A stretch of DNA of 64,000 nucleotides from an uncultured Acidobacteriota bacterium (GTDB lineage: Bacteria > Acidobacteriota > Thermoanaerobaculia > Gp7-AA8), in assembly GCA_963741955.1 (NCBI GenBank), contig CAVUKB010000005.1, forward strand, positions 128,001-192,000. Reading direction: 5' to 3'. This document shows positions 40,131-49,946 of this stretch, in pieces. Each line of letters starts with the position of its first letter. The first letter of the stretch is position 1. Made by a program: the position numbers and the translations under genes. The notes beneath the pieces were generated by a model. That model was not told the DNA's origin. It saw only the letters and a program-made list of their open reading frames with translations, and searched no databases.

Positions 40131-41110
40131 GTCTCCATCACCCTGATTCTCGGATCCACCAGAGGATAGAGAAGATCGGTCACCAGGCTGGCGAGCAGCG
40201 TAATGACCGCGGTGACCACCGTCAGTCCCATCACCATCGGATAGTCGCGGGCGAGGATGGAGTCGAAGAAGAGGAGTCCCACCCCGTCCCACTGGAAGAT
40301 CCGCTCGATGACCACACTCCCTGAGATCAGGAACGGAATCGTCAATCCGAACAGCGAGATCATCGGAACCATGGCGTTGCTCAGCGCTTCCCGAAAGAGG
40401 AGACGCCACTCCCCCGCTCCTCTCGCGCGCGCCGCGGTGATGAACGGCTTCCGTACCACTTCTCCCACCACGGTCCTCGAGAATCGAATGAAGACCGCAA
40501 TCTGCACGTATGCGAGCGTCGTCACGGGGAGAATCAGATGCGTCACCCGATCCATGAAGCGCGCTCCGAACGAGAGCTGCAGGTAGTCCGGTGAGGTGAT
40601 CCCGTAGAGCGGAAGGATGTCGAGACGCATCGACAGAAGTTCCAGGAGGAGCACCGCGACCCAGAAGCTCGGAAGAGAATAGAGAACGAAAGAGAGAAGG
40701 CCCGTGAATCGGTCGAGCTTTCCGTGAGGTCGCGCCGCGCTCAGCACCCCGGCAGGAATGGCCACCGCCAGTGCGACCAGCAGAGCGAGAACGTTCAGCA
40801 GCACGGTATTCGGGAGTTTGTCCGCGATCCGGGCCATCACCGCTCTCCGGTCCGTGATCGACTCACCGAGGTCGAGAGTCGCGACGCCGCGGAACCACCG
40901 CCAGTACTGCGCCGGAAGCGGCTCATCGAGATGATAGCGGTGACGGATCGCTTCGATGACCCTGGGTGGCGCGGAGGACGAACGAATCCCGCCGAGGTAG
41001 AAAGAGACCGGATCTCCGGGGGCCGCGTGAATCATCACGAAGACCACCAGGGTGATGCCCCAGAAAGTGATCGCCGCGTAGGCGAGACGGCGGATGACGT
41101 AACCGAGCAT
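40127..41110 (-). CDS. Oligopeptide ABC permease OppB/DppB
   Basis: APGDP, LDLGES, HLILP, AARARG, RDYPMVMG, DPRIR. Confidence 0.93.
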   Translation of the reverse strand: MLGYVIRRLAYAAITFWGITLVVFVMIHAAPGDPVSFYLGGIRSSSAPPRVIEAIRHRYHLDEPLPAQYWRWFRGVATLDLGESITDRRAVMARIADKLPNTVLLNVLALLVALAVAIPAGVLSAARPHGKLDRFTGLLSFVLYSLPSFWVAVLLLELLSMRLDILPLYGITSPDYLQLSFGARFMDRVTHLILPVTTLAYVQIAVFIRFSRTVVGEVVRKPFITAARARGAGEWRLLFREALSNAMVPMISLFGLTIPFLISGSVVIERIFQWDGVGLLFFDSILARDYPMVMGLTVVTAVITLLASLVTDLLYPLVDPRIRVMET

Positions 41111-41120
41111 CGCAGCCGGC

Positions 41121-42788
41121 TTACTTCGTGCTCCCGGTCGCGACCGGCGGTCCGCTCTTCCGCAGTGACATCGGAATCCACCAGTCGAACGGACCGGGAG
41201 ACCAGTAGAACAGTCCCAGTCCTCCTGCGATCTGAACGTTGCGCATCCGCCGGCTCACCGCCCACTTGTTGGTGACCTGCACCGTCCAGGTGTACGGCTC
41301 GTCCTGATGCAGGATCTGGTGGAGCCGGTGGTACAGCGCCTTTCTCTTGTTCATGTCGAGCTCACGCCTTGCCTCTTCCATGATCCGGTCCGCTTCTGGA
41401 TTGGAGTAGTAAACCCAGTTCTGGCCGTTGGGCGGAAACTGCGAGGAGTGGAACTGCGGATATGGATCCGGGTCGAGATCGTTGCTGAACGCCATGAAAG
41501 CGCCCTGATACTTTCCGGTAGTGAGCCGCTGCACGAGCGTCGGGAAATCGACCGTGGTGAGCCGGACCTCGATGCCTGCCTCCTGCAGTCCCTGCTGAAA
41601 AATCTGCGCCTGATCCTTCGACGCCTGATTCGTCAGGAGAAGCTCGAGCTCGAACTTCTTTCCGTCGCGGTCGAGGACTCCGTCTCCGTCATGGTCGGAC
41701 CACCCCGCCTGAGCGAGGAGGCTCTTCGCCCCTTCCGGGTCGTAACGGTATGGCTCCACGCCCGGGTCGTAGGCCCACTGATCCGGCGTGAACGGTCCGG
41801 TGATGATGCGCGCGGTGCCGTGATAGAGGTTGTTCACGATCGCGGCACGATCCAGGCACATCGTCAGCGCGCGGCGCACGCGTGCATCCGACAGGATCGG
41901 ATCGCGCTCGTTCCACGGAATGAAGTTGTACCCGAGCTGATAGAACCGGTGGATGTCGACGGTCCGCTGAACGCGCGGGTCGTCCTTTTCCAGGAGCCAC
42001 TGGTCGGACGTGATGCGCGTCTCGTCGATGTCGCCTTTCTTCATCGCGTTCCACGCGACAGTCTGATCGGCGATCACCCGGAAGACCACATTCTGGATGT
42101 ACGGCTTGTCCCCGGCGTAGTCGGTTCGTCGCGTGAGCAGGATCTGTTTGCCCGGCTCCCTTCGCACCAGCCGGTACGGTCCGTTCCCGATCACGCGGTC
42201 GTTGTAGTCCTGCTGGAAATTTCCCTTCTCGTAGACGTGCTTCGGGAGAATCGGAATGTCGAACGAGAGGATCTGACCGGCCCGGACGTCCTTGAATCCG
42301 ATCTGCGCGGTCCGGGCGTCGATCGCCTTCGTCTCGGCGGGATCGAGGTCGTCGAAGCTCGACGCGAGCTCGGACGAGAGGGTGGTCGGATCGACGATCT
42401 TCTCCACCGTCCACACCACATCCTCCGCGGTGACCGGAGTTCCGTCGCTGAACGTCGCGTCGGGATCGAGGTGGAACGTGTACAACTTTCCGTCGCTCGA
42501 GATGTCCCAGCTCTCGGCGAGGCCGGGGATCACACGGAGATTCTGGTCGATGTCCACCAGCCCGAGAAAGAGGTACGAGAGGACGTCTTTCTCATACGCG
42601 GAAGTCGTCAGTAACGGGTTGAGAGAATGGACATCACCTTCCAGGCGGCGATACACGGTGCCGCCGGGCTCGGGGACGGGGTTGGCGACGAGTCCGGGCT
42701 GGCTCCCGGACGCAACTTCGGATCGTCGGCAACTCCACATTGGGCAGAGTGCACCCACGACGAACAGGACCGCGATGAACCTTCTCAT
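41121..42788 (-). CDS. Oligopeptide ABC substrate-binding lipoprotein (family 5)
   Basis: Lipobox-like WSC, PGLAESW, FSDGTPVTAEDV, GNGPY, VRRAL. Confidence 0.92.
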   Translation of the reverse strand: MRRFIAVLFVVGALCPMWSCRRSEVASGSQPGLVANPVPEPGGTVYRRLEGDVHSLNPLLTTSAYEKDVLSYLFLGLVDIDQNLRVIPGLAESWDISSDGKLYTFHLDPDATFSDGTPVTAEDVVWTVEKIVDPTTLSSELASSFDDLDPAETKAIDARTAQIGFKDVRAGQILSFDIPILPKHVYEKGNFQQDYNDRVIGNGPYRLVRREPGKQILLTRRTDYAGDKPYIQNVVFRVIADQTVAWNAMKKGDIDETRITSDQWLLEKDDPRVQRTVDIHRFYQLGYNFIPWNERDPILSDARVRRALTMCLDRAAIVNNLYHGTARIITGPFTPDQWAYDPGVEPYRYDPEGAKSLLAQAGWSDHDGDGVLDRDGKKFELELLLTNQASKDQAQIFQQGLQEAGIEVRLTTVDFPTLVQRLTTGKYQGAFMAFSNDLDPDPYPQFHSSQFPPNGQNWVYYSNPEADRIMEEARRELDMNKRKALYHRLHQILHQDEPYTWTVQVTNKWAVSRRMRNVQIAGGLGLFYWSPGPFDWWIPMSLRKSGPPVATGSTK

Positions 42789-42952
42789 GCACCTCTCCCC
42801 ACACGGCGCGAGATCGCATACGACCTCACGCGCTCGATTCATCCCATTATAGAGGGACTCCCCTCGCATGGAAGGTCCAGGCGACAACGCGACGGTGGTC
42901 CCGAATGACGAACCACGAAGGGACCGGTCGTTCGGGACGAAGGAAGCACGTT

Positions 42953-45127
42953 CTACTTCGAGAGATCGATGGTGGTCGTGGTCACGTTGTATTGTCCGTC
43001 CATCGCGCGGACGATCACGAAGTGTCCCTGTACGTCCTCTCGCTTGATTCGGAACGTCTCGTGATTCGAATCGGCGATTCCGTCCTCCGGTACCAGCCGC
43101 ATCCATTTGTGCGCGTCGACCGACCAATCCACCTTCGTGATGGGTGAGAGTGCGTCCGAGATCTCCACGGTCACCGAATCACGACTCGGCTGAACGGCGA
43201 CCACCGGAGGGGTGTTGTCGATGAGCATGGTCAGCCCTTCCCGGCTCGATTTCAGCGGATTCTCGGCGTTACTCCGCGCATCCGACGCCGTGAGCTGAAG
43301 TTCATAGATGCCGTCCGGGAGCTGCGATCCGTCGAAATTGAATTGTGTCCCGTCGATGTCGTCGTGGAGGCGGAGCCACTTGTCGGAGCCCTTCCGGCGG
43401 AACTCGAGCGAGTACCGGACATCGTCACCGTTCTCATCGTGTCCTGACCAGGAGATGGTGCGAAATCCCTTCCGGAAGTACTTCTTTCCCGGCTGATCGT
43501 TTTTCGGCTGCGGCGAATCCACCGAGGTGAAGATCCCGTGCTCGTCGGGATTGGTGGCCTCGATCACCTGCGGCGGCGCGGGAAAGTTCGAGCTGATGAA
43601 GATCACTCCCGGATCCTGCACCTGGACCGCATCGATCACCGGAGCGACGTTGCGGTTCACGTACGCTGCGGTCATGTCGTCGACCACCATCCCCGGATGA
43701 TCTCCGGTACCGCTGATCTTCCACTGGAGGAATCGCGCCGCGGGAGCGGAGACCGTCCCGTCCGGAGCCTTCCCCGCCGGAATCCATTCGCTCCAGGTGT
43801 CGTCCGGAGAGCTGGTGTTCCCGCTCCGGAACGCCACCTCGTAACCACCGGACGAAAGCCCTGACCCCTCGAGGTGATAGTGACCGAAACGCGAGTAGCG
43901 CGCGGTATCCTTGACTGGAGAGCGGTACTCCCACTTCCCGCCAGTGCTGTCGGAGAGCCTGTAGACCGCGCCGCCGTTGGTCGTGGTGACCACCAGCCCC
44001 TTCCCTTCGTTGCGTGCCGAGACGACCTGCTTGTCGGGCACCGTACCGGCGAGCGCAAGTGTCCCGTTCTTCCATTCGTAGATCCGTCCCTGCGGGCCGG
44101 TGGAAAGATAGATCCCCCCGTCCGGAGCGGCGCCGATACCGTAGATCAGCTGATGATCGAACTTCCGCACGGTCTGCACGAATCCGTCCGAGTCGATCCG
44201 GTAGAGCTCCGCGCTCCCCGAGGGCTCGGGCGTGTTGGTGGAGCTCGATGACGGCTCGAACGAGAGCGAGACATCGACCGATCCGGACGGTTCCTGCTGA
44301 TTGGCCGACGTGTCGTTCTTCGAAGTGGCGGTCGCGTGGACTGCCTGGTTCGCCTGCGGTTTCGGAACGGCCGTGGGAAGGACGTTCGACACTCCCGCGG
44401 CCCACGTGGTACCGGTTCTCGAGTCGTACCAGATGGCGGGAATCTCGTTGAATCCCGAATCGTACAGAGCGCGCGCTCTCTTTCCCGGATTCACCTCGTA
44501 GATCCGACCCTCACCCGAGCCGCCGACCAGGATCGTCCCGTCCTTCCGGACTGCGATCGAACGGAGATGCGTCTCCGGCGCTTCGAACAGTACGGTCGCA
44601 TTTCCGCTCCGGTCGACCCGGTAGAGTCGCCCCTGAATACCGGTCGCGACGACCAGGCTCCCATCCTGAAGCGGCTCGATCGCCCAGATGTACCCCTGCT
44701 TCGGATCGAACAGCTCCGTGCTCTTCCCGCTCTCCGGGTCGATCCGATACACCTTTCCGTTCGGCGAGCTCCCGACGTAGAGCGCACCATTCGCGTACGC
44801 AAGAGCGTAGACCTCCGGCTCCGGTGCGGTGAAGAGGAGCGTCGTCTTTCCGTCCTTCAGACGGTAGACGTGACCCTCGTTTCCTGTTCCGAAGTACATC
44901 GCTCCGCCCGGCCCGGCGGCCTGGGCGAACACGAAAGGATCGTTGAACGAGGCGAGCTTGTCGATGGCGGGGCCCGGGATGAGATGACCCTCCGCGGTCA
45001 CCGTCATTCCTTCGATCTCACCACCGAGAAGCTCGTCGGCGCTGCCGACGCTCCAGAACTGGGGCGTCACGGCAAAGGCGGTCGTTCCGAACAGAGCGAG
45101 TACCAGACTGCAGAGCAGTTTCATCAT
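42953..45127 (-). CDS. Secreted beta-propeller plus Ig/FN3-like hypothetical protein
   Basis: Signal peptide; repeated (Y/V)xGS/TG..GxIYR blades; C-terminal DG.YE.QL.ASD, IDNTPP. Confidence 0.75.
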   Translation of the reverse strand: MMKLLCSLVLALFGTTAFAVTPQFWSVGSADELLGGEIEGMTVTAEGHLIPGPAIDKLASFNDPFVFAQAAGPGGAMYFGTGNEGHVYRLKDGKTTLLFTAPEPEVYALAYANGALYVGSSPNGKVYRIDPESGKSTELFDPKQGYIWAIEPLQDGSLVVATGIQGRLYRVDRSGNATVLFEAPETHLRSIAVRKDGTILVGGSGEGRIYEVNPGKRARALYDSGFNEIPAIWYDSRTGTTWAAGVSNVLPTAVPKPQANQAVHATATSKNDTSANQQEPSGSVDVSLSFEPSSSSTNTPEPSGSAELYRIDSDGFVQTVRKFDHQLIYGIGAAPDGGIYLSTGPQGRIYEWKNGTLALAGTVPDKQVVSARNEGKGLVVTTTNGGAVYRLSDSTGGKWEYRSPVKDTARYSRFGHYHLEGSGLSSGGYEVAFRSGNTSSPDDTWSEWIPAGKAPDGTVSAPAARFLQWKISGTGDHPGMVVDDMTAAYVNRNVAPVIDAVQVQDPGVIFISSNFPAPPQVIEATNPDEHGIFTSVDSPQPKNDQPGKKYFRKGFRTISWSGHDENGDDVRYSLEFRRKGSDKWLRLHDDIDGTQFNFDGSQLPDGIYELQLTASDARSNAENPLKSSREGLTMLIDNTPPVVAVQPSRDSVTVEISDALSPITKVDWSVDAHKWMRLVPEDGIADSNHETFRIKREDVQGHFVIVRAMDGQYNVTTTTIDLSK

Positions 45128-45229
45128 CACCTCTTCGTTTTGGATTCCGGATGAGCGCAACAGGCGCGCGATAAATGCACGGCTCCTGATACCGAATCGG
45201 ACTGGTGCGGTGTTTCATGAAACACGACA

Positions 45230-47041
45230 CTAGAGCCGTGGAGTGATGTCGAGATCGATCTTCAGGGCGCCTTCCACGATGTAGTCCAGCGGCCGGACCA
45301 GAGTGTCAGGCGCGTGGTACTTCACCGGAGCGGTCGCCGAGTTCGTGGAGTCCGAGCTCACCACCGCCTGAACCGACGGAGGAAGCTCAGGGAGGTAGAC
45401 ACCGGCCATCACCGCACCCTGCGAGGACGAGTAGAGTCCGACCGTCAGATCCGTCGATGCACGGAGCCGCTCGACCACTCCGATCACCTGAGCGAGCGTG
45501 CGGGGATCCGGCGGAACGAGCGAGAAGCTCAGCTGGTTCGCCGCCGAACCGCTCCCGACGAAGAGATACGCTTTCCCCGGCTTCTGCCCTTCGGGAATCT
45601 TCACCTCGAACGTCTCGACGAACGACTCTCCGCGATACGGCCGGAGGACCGTCCGCACCGCGACGGTATCTCCCGGATGGACTTCGCCGCTCTTCGGGGT
45701 CTCGACCGACGCTTCGATCAACCGCGCGGTCTTGACCTTGTCGTCGTGATGGAGCTTCAGATCGACGCTTCGGATCGTCGCGTCGCCGAATTCGTTCGAA
45801 AGAAGATAGCTCGATACCACCGCGAGATACGCCGGGATCGACTGCCGGGCTTTGTCGCCGGCCCATCCTTCGCGGAGGTGGATCGGGGCGAAGCCCTCCA
45901 CGTCGATGTCCGAGTCGAGGATCACCGTCCGCTCGCCCGCTCCCTTCTGGGTGTTCGCAACCACGCTGTCGCACGCCATGGCCAGAAGGACGGGGAAGAG
46001 CTGCGGATCACGAACTGCCTTGAAGTGGTACGTGTGCGGTGCGGAAGAGCCATTCACCGTGATGGTGACGGGGATCATGTCGTCTTTGGCTCCGAGCTCG
46101 CCGAGAATTCCTGCCGCACGATCCTGCCGGAGCGTACCGATGATCGCACCGGTGTTCGAGAACTTGAACGAGCGCGCGACGTTCGGAAGGACACCGAGGA
46201 TCTCCGCCTTCGCCATCGGGAAACTGACGTCGCCCATGTCGAGGAAAGGATGTCCGAATGCATAGACCTTGTCGCCGTCGACGTAGCTGACCGTCCCGGT
46301 CGCCGCGACGGAGAAGTCTCCATCGATCAGCACTCCCGCGATCGGGTCGCCCGGCTGGAACCGCCGCGAATCGTCGCCTGCTGCCGTCGATCCATCGCCG
46401 TTTGCACTTCCGCTCACCACCGGCATCAGGCCGTTCGCTTCGAGGATCCCGCCGAACCGGTCGATGGTGTCACTCGAGAAACTGGAGAAGGAGACCGGGA
46501 TGGAGATCGGCAGCGCACCGGAGAAGGCGGCGGCCGGCGAGCGCCGCAGCGGGCCGAGCAGCTTCTGGAAGGCGGGGCCGAAGTCACCGCTCGAGAACGA
46601 CTGCATCAGCATCGCGGTCGTCACGGGGGTCGCCGGACCTGCAGGCTTACCCGTGAACTGCCCCTTTCCGATCGCGAGCATGTCCTCGATCGGAGTGATC
46701 CCGGCGATCGGTTCCTTCGCGAATTGCCAGGAGTACGCGAGCGCGCCGATGACCTTCCCGTCGATGTAGATCGGAGATCCGCTCATCCCCGCGATCACCC
46801 CGGCGCGACGGATCATGTCCGAGTCCACCCTGGCCAGAATCAGGTTCTGGTCGGGACCGACATTGTGCATCACACCGAGGATCTCGACGTCGAATCGCTG
46901 AACGTTCGTTCCGTCGAACACCGTCAGGCCGTAGCCCTTCATCCCCTTCTTCACCTGGGAGAGCGGAAGGATCTCCGCGGTGGCGAGGAGGGGCGCGAGA
47001 ATCAGGAGTACCGTGGTCAGGGTGAGCGCGATTTTTCTCAT
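45230..47041 (-). CDS. SpoIVB-like peptidase S55 domain protein
   Basis: Signal peptide; GMKGYGLTVF, AGMSGSPIYIDGK.IGA catalytic motif, AFGHPF. Confidence 0.88.
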   Translation of the reverse strand: MRKIALTLTTVLLILAPLLATAEILPLSQVKKGMKGYGLTVFDGTNVQRFDVEILGVMHNVGPDQNLILARVDSDMIRRAGVIAGMSGSPIYIDGKVIGALAYSWQFAKEPIAGITPIEDMLAIGKGQFTGKPAGPATPVTTAMLMQSFSSGDFGPAFQKLLGPLRRSPAAAFSGALPISIPVSFSSFSSDTIDRFGGILEANGLMPVVSGSANGDGSTAAGDDSRRFQPGDPIAGVLIDGDFSVAATGTVSYVDGDKVYAFGHPFLDMGDVSFPMAKAEILGVLPNVARSFKFSNTGAIIGTLRQDRAAGILGELGAKDDMIPVTITVNGSSAPHTYHFKAVRDPQLFPVLLAMACDSVVANTQKGAGERTVILDSDIDVEGFAPIHLREGWAGDKARQSIPAYLAVVSSYLLSNEFGDATIRSVDLKLHHDDKVKTARLIEASVETPKSGEVHPGDTVAVRTVLRPYRGESFVETFEVKIPEGQKPGKAYLFVGSGSAANQLSFSLVPPDPRTLAQVIGVVERLRASTDLTVGLYSSSQGAVMAGVYLPELPPSVQAVVSSDSTNSATAPVKYHAPDTLVRPLDYIVEGALKIDLDITPRL

Positions 47042-47225
47042 GAGTGCTGCTCGTCTGAACAAAGGCGCGAATCGTTCAAATTTCGGGCGACGGCGTTTCG
47101 AGCACTCTTTGCCACCGTGTTTCCCAATTCCTCGCATCTGGTTGCGGGCGCCGACAGCTCGGATGCGAACCGCCCGCTCCCCGACCTTGCACCGCTAGCG
47201 CCACCAACCGGATGGGAGGCTTTAG

Positions 47226-47403
47226 CCCGCATTTCTCACACCATCTCTGCTGCGGAGCCGGATAGCGGCCTGTCTGCTGCGTTGAGCCCCTCTTCGGCTC
47301 CTCGACATAGTCACCGCTATGCCTTCGTCGCCGAAGCGAGGCGCGCCTTGCATCCAGGCCGCTCTCCGCCTCCTCCGCGACGAGATGGTGTGAGAAATGC
47401 GGG
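47226..47403. mobile_element. MITE/ERIC-like element, family A
   Basis: Perfect 22-bp terminal inverted repeats CCCGCATTTCTCACACCATCTC; TTAG on both flanks; internally palindromic; second copy at 62337. Confidence 0.8.
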
Positions 47404-47407
47404 TTAG

Positions 47408-47562
47408 GAGTCTTCCCAGTAGAAACTGTCCTACTGCGAAAGCGGATCAGCGGTCCAAGTCCGCCCGGATTTTCGGCGAGTAGCCACCGCCACGCACCTC
47501 GAATCCGAACGAATCTGGCTGCTCCGCTTTCTCGCTACGGACGTTTCTACCCGTGAAGAGTC
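47408..47562. mobile_element. MITE-like element, family B (copy with degenerate ends)
   Basis: Core closely matches 63651..63809; imperfect terminal inverted repeats. Confidence 0.8.
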
Positions 47563-47631
47563 CGGGTCAGGAAACACGACACCGGGCACCGGAATGCGAT
47601 GCTGCACCACTCGTGTCGCCGTCTTCCTCCG

Positions 47632-48750
47632 TTATTCGACCACGTCGCCGGCGCGGACGAATCGGTAGCCGCGACGCTCCAGCTTCGGCAACTCTCTTTG
47701 AAGGATCCGTACCGTCAGCGGATGTACGTGCCCGATTCCGATGGCCACCCCATCTGCGTCGGCGACCGACGCGAGCTCGTTGAGCTGGCGGACGATGGCC
47801 GCTTCGTTCTGATCCGCGTCGAGAAAGACGTCCCGCGCCGCGGTCGGAACATTCATCTCACGGGCGATCGGCTCGACCACCGAGCGAGGTGACGTTCGCG
47901 AGTCGATGAAGAACGCCCCGGCTCGAAGCATCGCCGCCATGACATCGCGAACCACGCGCGGATCCGACGTCGCCTTCGACCCCATGTGATTGTTCGCGCC
48001 GGCAGCGAACGGTACGAGGCGGTAATCGTCGAAGGCCGTCCTGCGGATCTCCTCGTCCGACATGCTCGTCAGAATCGCCTCCCCTCCCGGAGAGATCCGC
48101 GGATATTTCTCCGGTTCCATCGGCAGATGACAGAGCACCTGGAATCCTCGGGCGTTCGCCAGTCGAGCGGCCTCGGCGGCATTCGGAGCGTTCGGGAGGA
48201 CGGAAATGTTCAGAAGCGCATGGATGGTGAGCGCGTCCCGCAGGGTTTCGTTGTCGTAGCCGGCGTCGTCGAGAATCAGAGCAATCCGTGGCTCGTCCCC
48301 GCTCTCCACGAGTCCCGCTCCCGAATCGACCGTACGCAGCGGAAGCACCCGCAGGAGATCGTCGCCCGCTGCAGTCCTGATGCGGATCAGAGCTCCGCGA
48401 CGGGAAATGACGGCACCCGGATTCTGAGCTTCGATCTTCGCGGCGACCGTTTTCGCGGGGTCGATCGTTTCGATGGTGGCCCTCCGTCCGTGCCGGGTCA
48501 GACGGCTCGTGTCGACGCCGGCCGTGCGGAGCATCGTTTCGAGCGTCGCCTCGCTTCGCGGGGATGGAGTCCGCTCTGATTGTCGAGGAGCAGACGGATG
48601 CGATGCGAAGAACGACCAGGCCAGCCACCCCAGGATCGCGAGCAGCGGAAGGGCGATCCAGAAATAGAAGAGCGGAGAGACCCGCCGGGAGCGTCGCACG
48701 ATCCTGCGGCGTCCCCCTCGTCCCGTCCCCCCGCTCGGCGTCGGCATCAC
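47632..48750 (-). CDS. Divergent polysaccharide deacetylase (YibQ-like)
   Basis: TM anchor; IALILDDAG, HLPMEP, NNHMGS, FIDSRT, RDVFLD, IGIGH. Confidence 0.92.
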   Translation of the reverse strand: MMPTPSGGTGRGGRRRIVRRSRRVSPLFYFWIALPLLAILGWLAWSFFASHPSAPRQSERTPSPRSEATLETMLRTAGVDTSRLTRHGRRATIETIDPAKTVAAKIEAQNPGAVISRRGALIRIRTAAGDDLLRVLPLRTVDSGAGLVESGDEPRIALILDDAGYDNETLRDALTIHALLNISVLPNAPNAAEAARLANARGFQVLCHLPMEPEKYPRISPGGEAILTSMSDEEIRRTAFDDYRLVPFAAGANNHMGSKATSDPRVVRDVMAAMLRAGAFFIDSRTSPRSVVEPIAREMNVPTAARDVFLDADQNEAAIVRQLNELASVADADGVAIGIGHVHPLTVRILQRELPKLERRGYRFVRAGDVVE

Positions 48751-49937
48751 GCAGCTTTATCGAGGACCGTCTCGCTCTCCCCGAAGAGGCCGAGCGCCTT
48801 CTCGAGGATCAGGTCCTCCTGCTTCGCCTTCTCCTCACCGTTTTCCTTCTGGATTGCGAGCATCGCAAGGTCGACGTTCACGTCCGGACGCAGTCCCTGC
48901 GAATCGATCGGCTTCAGGTCGGGGGAGGTGTAGTGCCCGATGGTCAAGTCGAGCGCACCGCCCGACGGGAGCGCCACGACCTTCTGATAGATCGCCTTTC
49001 CGAACGTGGTCACACCGACGCTCTTCGCTCGCCCGTTTCCCGTCAGTGCCGCAGTGAAGACTTCGGCGGCATCGGCAGTCGATCGATCGGTCAGCACCTC
49101 GATATCACCGGAGAAGCCGACGGCCGGGTCCGCCTGCCACCTCTTCGCGTCGACGCGCCGTCCCTCGAGTGAGGTGATCACGCCTTTGGAGAGAAGCTCG
49201 TCGGCGGTTGCGATGGCGTCGTCGACTTCGGCCGATGCGTTGCCGCGGACGTCGACGATCAGCTGCTTCTTTCCGTTCGCGTTCACGTCGACGAGAAGCT
49301 TCGTCACCTGGGCCGGGGTCTCCCGCGTGAAGTACGGGATCCTGATGTACGCGACGTTGCCGTACATGGTGAGTGAGGGAGGAGTGGGGATGTAGCTCTT
49401 CGCATGCACCTCCACCTCGCTGCGATTGCTCATTCCGGCATGAATGATGGTCAGCTTCAAGGTCGATCCGGGCTGGACCTGCAGACCCTGCCGGATCTGC
49501 CAGACCGCCATCGGCTGGGTGGGCTGGCCGTTGATCTTCTCGATGAAATCTCCCGTCTCGATCCCCGCCTCGTCGGCCGGAGATCCGGGGATCGGCGCGA
49601 TCACGTAAGCAAAGCCGAACCGCTTGGTGGCCACCAGTCCGACGTTTCGAAGATCGTTGTCGACGAAGGTTCGGAACCGCGGCATGTCGGCCGGCGGAAC
49701 GTAGAAGCTGAACTCATCGATCGCGTCGGTGACGCCTTTGAATGCGCCGTCGACCAGTTGATCGGAGGGAACTGCTTCCACGTAATTGCTGCGGACCAGC
49801 GAGAAAACTTCGGTGAACGTGCTCAGGTACCGATAGATACCGTCTTTCTGCAGCGGCTCACCAAAAACGCCGACTGCGAGAAGCAGCACCATCGCGGTGA
49901 CCGAGACGACCAGAAATGCGATTTTCCTGAAATTCAT
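48747..49937 (-). CDS. S41/CtpA-like PDZ peptidase homolog, probably inactive
   Basis: PDZ (PIPGSPADEAGI..GD), TTFGK; catalytic-Ser motif reads TADAAE. Confidence 0.85.
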   Translation of the reverse strand: MNFRKIAFLVVSVTAMVLLLAVGVFGEPLQKDGIYRYLSTFTEVFSLVRSNYVEAVPSDQLVDGAFKGVTDAIDEFSFYVPPADMPRFRTFVDNDLRNVGLVATKRFGFAYVIAPIPGSPADEAGIETGDFIEKINGQPTQPMAVWQIRQGLQVQPGSTLKLTIIHAGMSNRSEVEVHAKSYIPTPPSLTMYGNVAYIRIPYFTRETPAQVTKLLVDVNANGKKQLIVDVRGNASAEVDDAIATADELLSKGVITSLEGRRVDAKRWQADPAVGFSGDIEVLTDRSTADAAEVFTAALTGNGRAKSVGVTTFGKAIYQKVVALPSGGALDLTIGHYTSPDLKPIDSQGLRPDVNVDLAMLAIQKENGEEKAKQEDLILEKALGLFGESETVLDKAA

Positions 49938-49946
49938 GAACGCTCC

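Noticed and set aside
45314-47407. 697-aa plus-strand ORF (and similar long ORFs at 49404..51164, 24101..25558, 25672..27129, 18562..19896)
   Set aside because: Antisense shadows of well-supported genes in high-GC DNA, with no recognisable motifs
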